A stretch of 24,094 bases of DNA from Octopus sinensis (Eukaryota). Below the pieces are notes generated by a model, which saw nothing but the letters and a program-made list of their open reading frames with translations, did no database searches and was not told the DNA's origin. The number at the start of each line of letters is the position of its first letter. Position 1 is the first letter of the stretch. Shown piece by piece: positions 22,630 to 24,094 of this stretch. The position numbers and the translations under genes are program-made. Location: assembly GCF_006345805.1 (NCBI RefSeq), contig NW_021836469.1, positions 1 through 24,094 of the forward strand, read 5' to 3'.

Positions 22630-23069
22630 TGTTTGACTTTTGCTTTACGTTTGTACAAGTTGGCTCCAAGTCTCACCCAGAGACCTCAAGAGACAAAAAG
22701 TTGGAAGTTCATGTTGGTTTTATGCCTAGTGTGCCTTATATTTCGTTTTGTACTTAATGTTGTACTAGTGAATGTCTTAAGAAACCATAGGAAAACTATG
22801 TTTGTTTTAAAACTTGAGATTACATAGAAAGTATTTTGCGTAGGATATGAGCAGTTCCCATGAGCACTATCTTTTGAGTTTCTGCCATTTTGTGGTTTTC
22901 TGGTATCTGAGCTAGGTAGCAAATTAGCCCCTTTTGCTATCATTCCCAGGGTACCTATGACAACAGGTATTGTTTTAGTCTTCAGGTTCCACATTTTGCT
23001 GAGTTCTGTTTCAAGATCTTTATATTTGCTCAGTTTTTGGTAGGTCTTGACAGATACGTTTATATCTTT
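22629..23069 (-). mobile_element. 3' end of an R4/Dong-like RLE non-LTR retrotransposon (subfamily 2)
   Basis: KDINVSVKTYQKLSKYKDLETELSKMWNLKTKTIPVVIGTLG, then after one frameshift CYLAQIP..KMAETQKIVLMGTAHILRKILSM* (stop 22820-22822). This includes the K..KY..L endonuclease motif. ~190-bp 3' UTR and (TAA)n on both sides. Confidence 0.85.
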
Positions 23070-23169
23070 ATTATTATTGTTATTGTTATTATTATTATTA
23101 TTATTATTATCTCATCATCATCATCATTATTATTATTATTATTATTATTTTATTATTATTATTATTATT

Positions 23170-23569
23170 GAGTGAGAGAGCAACGCACGCCATCAAAGTG
23201 CCCAATATACCCAACATGACTACCCATCTGATAAGGGTACACCAGGCATCACAACCATATGTGTGCGCCATGCTGATCTTATATCAAAACAAACAGCGCG
23301 CGCATAACCTTGCAGGTGGGGCCCAGTTAGAATTTTCTTTTGATTGAGTAGCCCATACAGCACAAATAAGGTTTAAGGATGATGCACAGATCGTCAGCCA
23401 ACAAGGGATATGCTCAATTGGTTACGGTCAAGCAACTGACAGCAAATCTGTGGTATTGAGCAGAATATTTGCTGTAGCCCATCTTTTATACCAAGACTAA
23501 CATGATACCACTTTCAATCAGTTAAGATCAGAAGCCATGAGAGCCACTGCCTGCTATTGCCTCAGGGCA
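23170..23569. repeat. Unclassified element X, copy 1 (internal ~105-bp deletion)
   Basis: 23381-23569 aligns with 23775-23964 (GATGCACA.ATCGTCAG...GTCAAGCAACT...GCAGAATATT...CCATCTTTTATACC...AATCAGTTAAGATC...GAGAGCCACT...CAGGG). Flanked by (TTA)n. Confidence 0.8.
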
Positions 23570-23589
23570 TTATTATTATTATTATTAAT

Positions 23590-23608
23590 GCGGCAAGCTG
23601 GCAGAATT
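23590..23608 (+). mobile_element. SINE family A head fragment
   Basis: GCGGCAAGCTGGCAGAATT directly after (TTA)n. Confidence 0.5.
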
Positions 23609-23609
23609 C

Positions 23610-23964
23610 TTTTCGGGTCGCGTAGCCCACCCGCTCAAAAGATACTTGAATAAAGTTCGTTTAAGAGTGATGAACGAAACGCCAATGTTTCCAGGGTTTA
23701 ATTATTCAAACCCTAAAGGATCCTTCTCAGCACATGGCTATGATGTTTCCTAACTACTCCTGCTCCTGGTCAGAGATGCACATATCGTCAGGCATCAAGT
23801 AACATGTTCAGTTGTCAAGCAACTAACAGGCAAATCTGCTGTATTAAGCAGAATATTGGTTGTAGACCATCTTTTATACCTAGACAAAACATGTAATGAT
23901 AACATTTCCAATCAGTTAAGATCTGAATCCACGAGAGCCACTTCCTGGTACTGCACCAGGGTAA
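23610..23964. repeat. Unclassified element X, copy 2 (left-truncated)
   Basis: Shares its right end and interior with copy 1 and retains the segment deleted there. Confidence 0.8.
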
Positions 23965-24026
23965 ATTATCATCGTCGTCATCATCGTCATCATCATCACA
24001 TCATCATCATCATCACATCATCATCA

Positions 24027-24082
<56 letters not shown>

Positions 24083-24084
<2 letters not shown>

Positions 24085-24094
24085 GGCGGCGAGC
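24083..24094 (+). mobile_element. Start of another SINE family A copy, cut by the window edge
   Basis: AAGGCGGCGAGC matches the family 5' end (compare 8165-8176). Confidence 0.55.

Larger units (their letters stand above)
22250..24082. repeat. Series of (TTA)n/(TCA)n tracts separating the elements (22250-22326, 22550-22628, 23069-23169, 23569-23587, 23965-24082)
   Basis: Direct reading. Confidence 0.95.

Overview
Gene-poor, repeat-saturated eukaryotic (metazoan) DNA. The SINE families and microsatellite density resemble what I recall of octopus/cephalopod genomes; this is an inference, not a database match. No intact protein-coding gene is visible, and nearly all listed ORFs are microsatellite or tandem-repeat artefacts. 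Supported content: decayed DNA transposons (Tc1-like, mariner, maT/DD37D, a pogo/Tigger-like MITE, a non-autonomous Helitron); LINE remnants (RTE 3' end, L1/Tx1-like RT, two distinct R4/Dong-like RLE 3' ends); three tRNA-headed SINE families in about 18 full or partial copies; two unclassified dispersed repeats; three larger tandem arrays; and many microsatellites. Most notable: (i) a stack of elements separated only by (TTA)n tracts at 22.25-24.09 kb, suggesting a microsatellite landing pad; (ii) a 16-copy 40-bp minisatellite born inside a SINE, with a G/A alternating 80-bp higher-order repeat; (iii) a 46-nt candidate micro-exon with consensus splice sites at 19109-19154; (iv) two independent insertions of one SINE family into the internal microsatellite of another.
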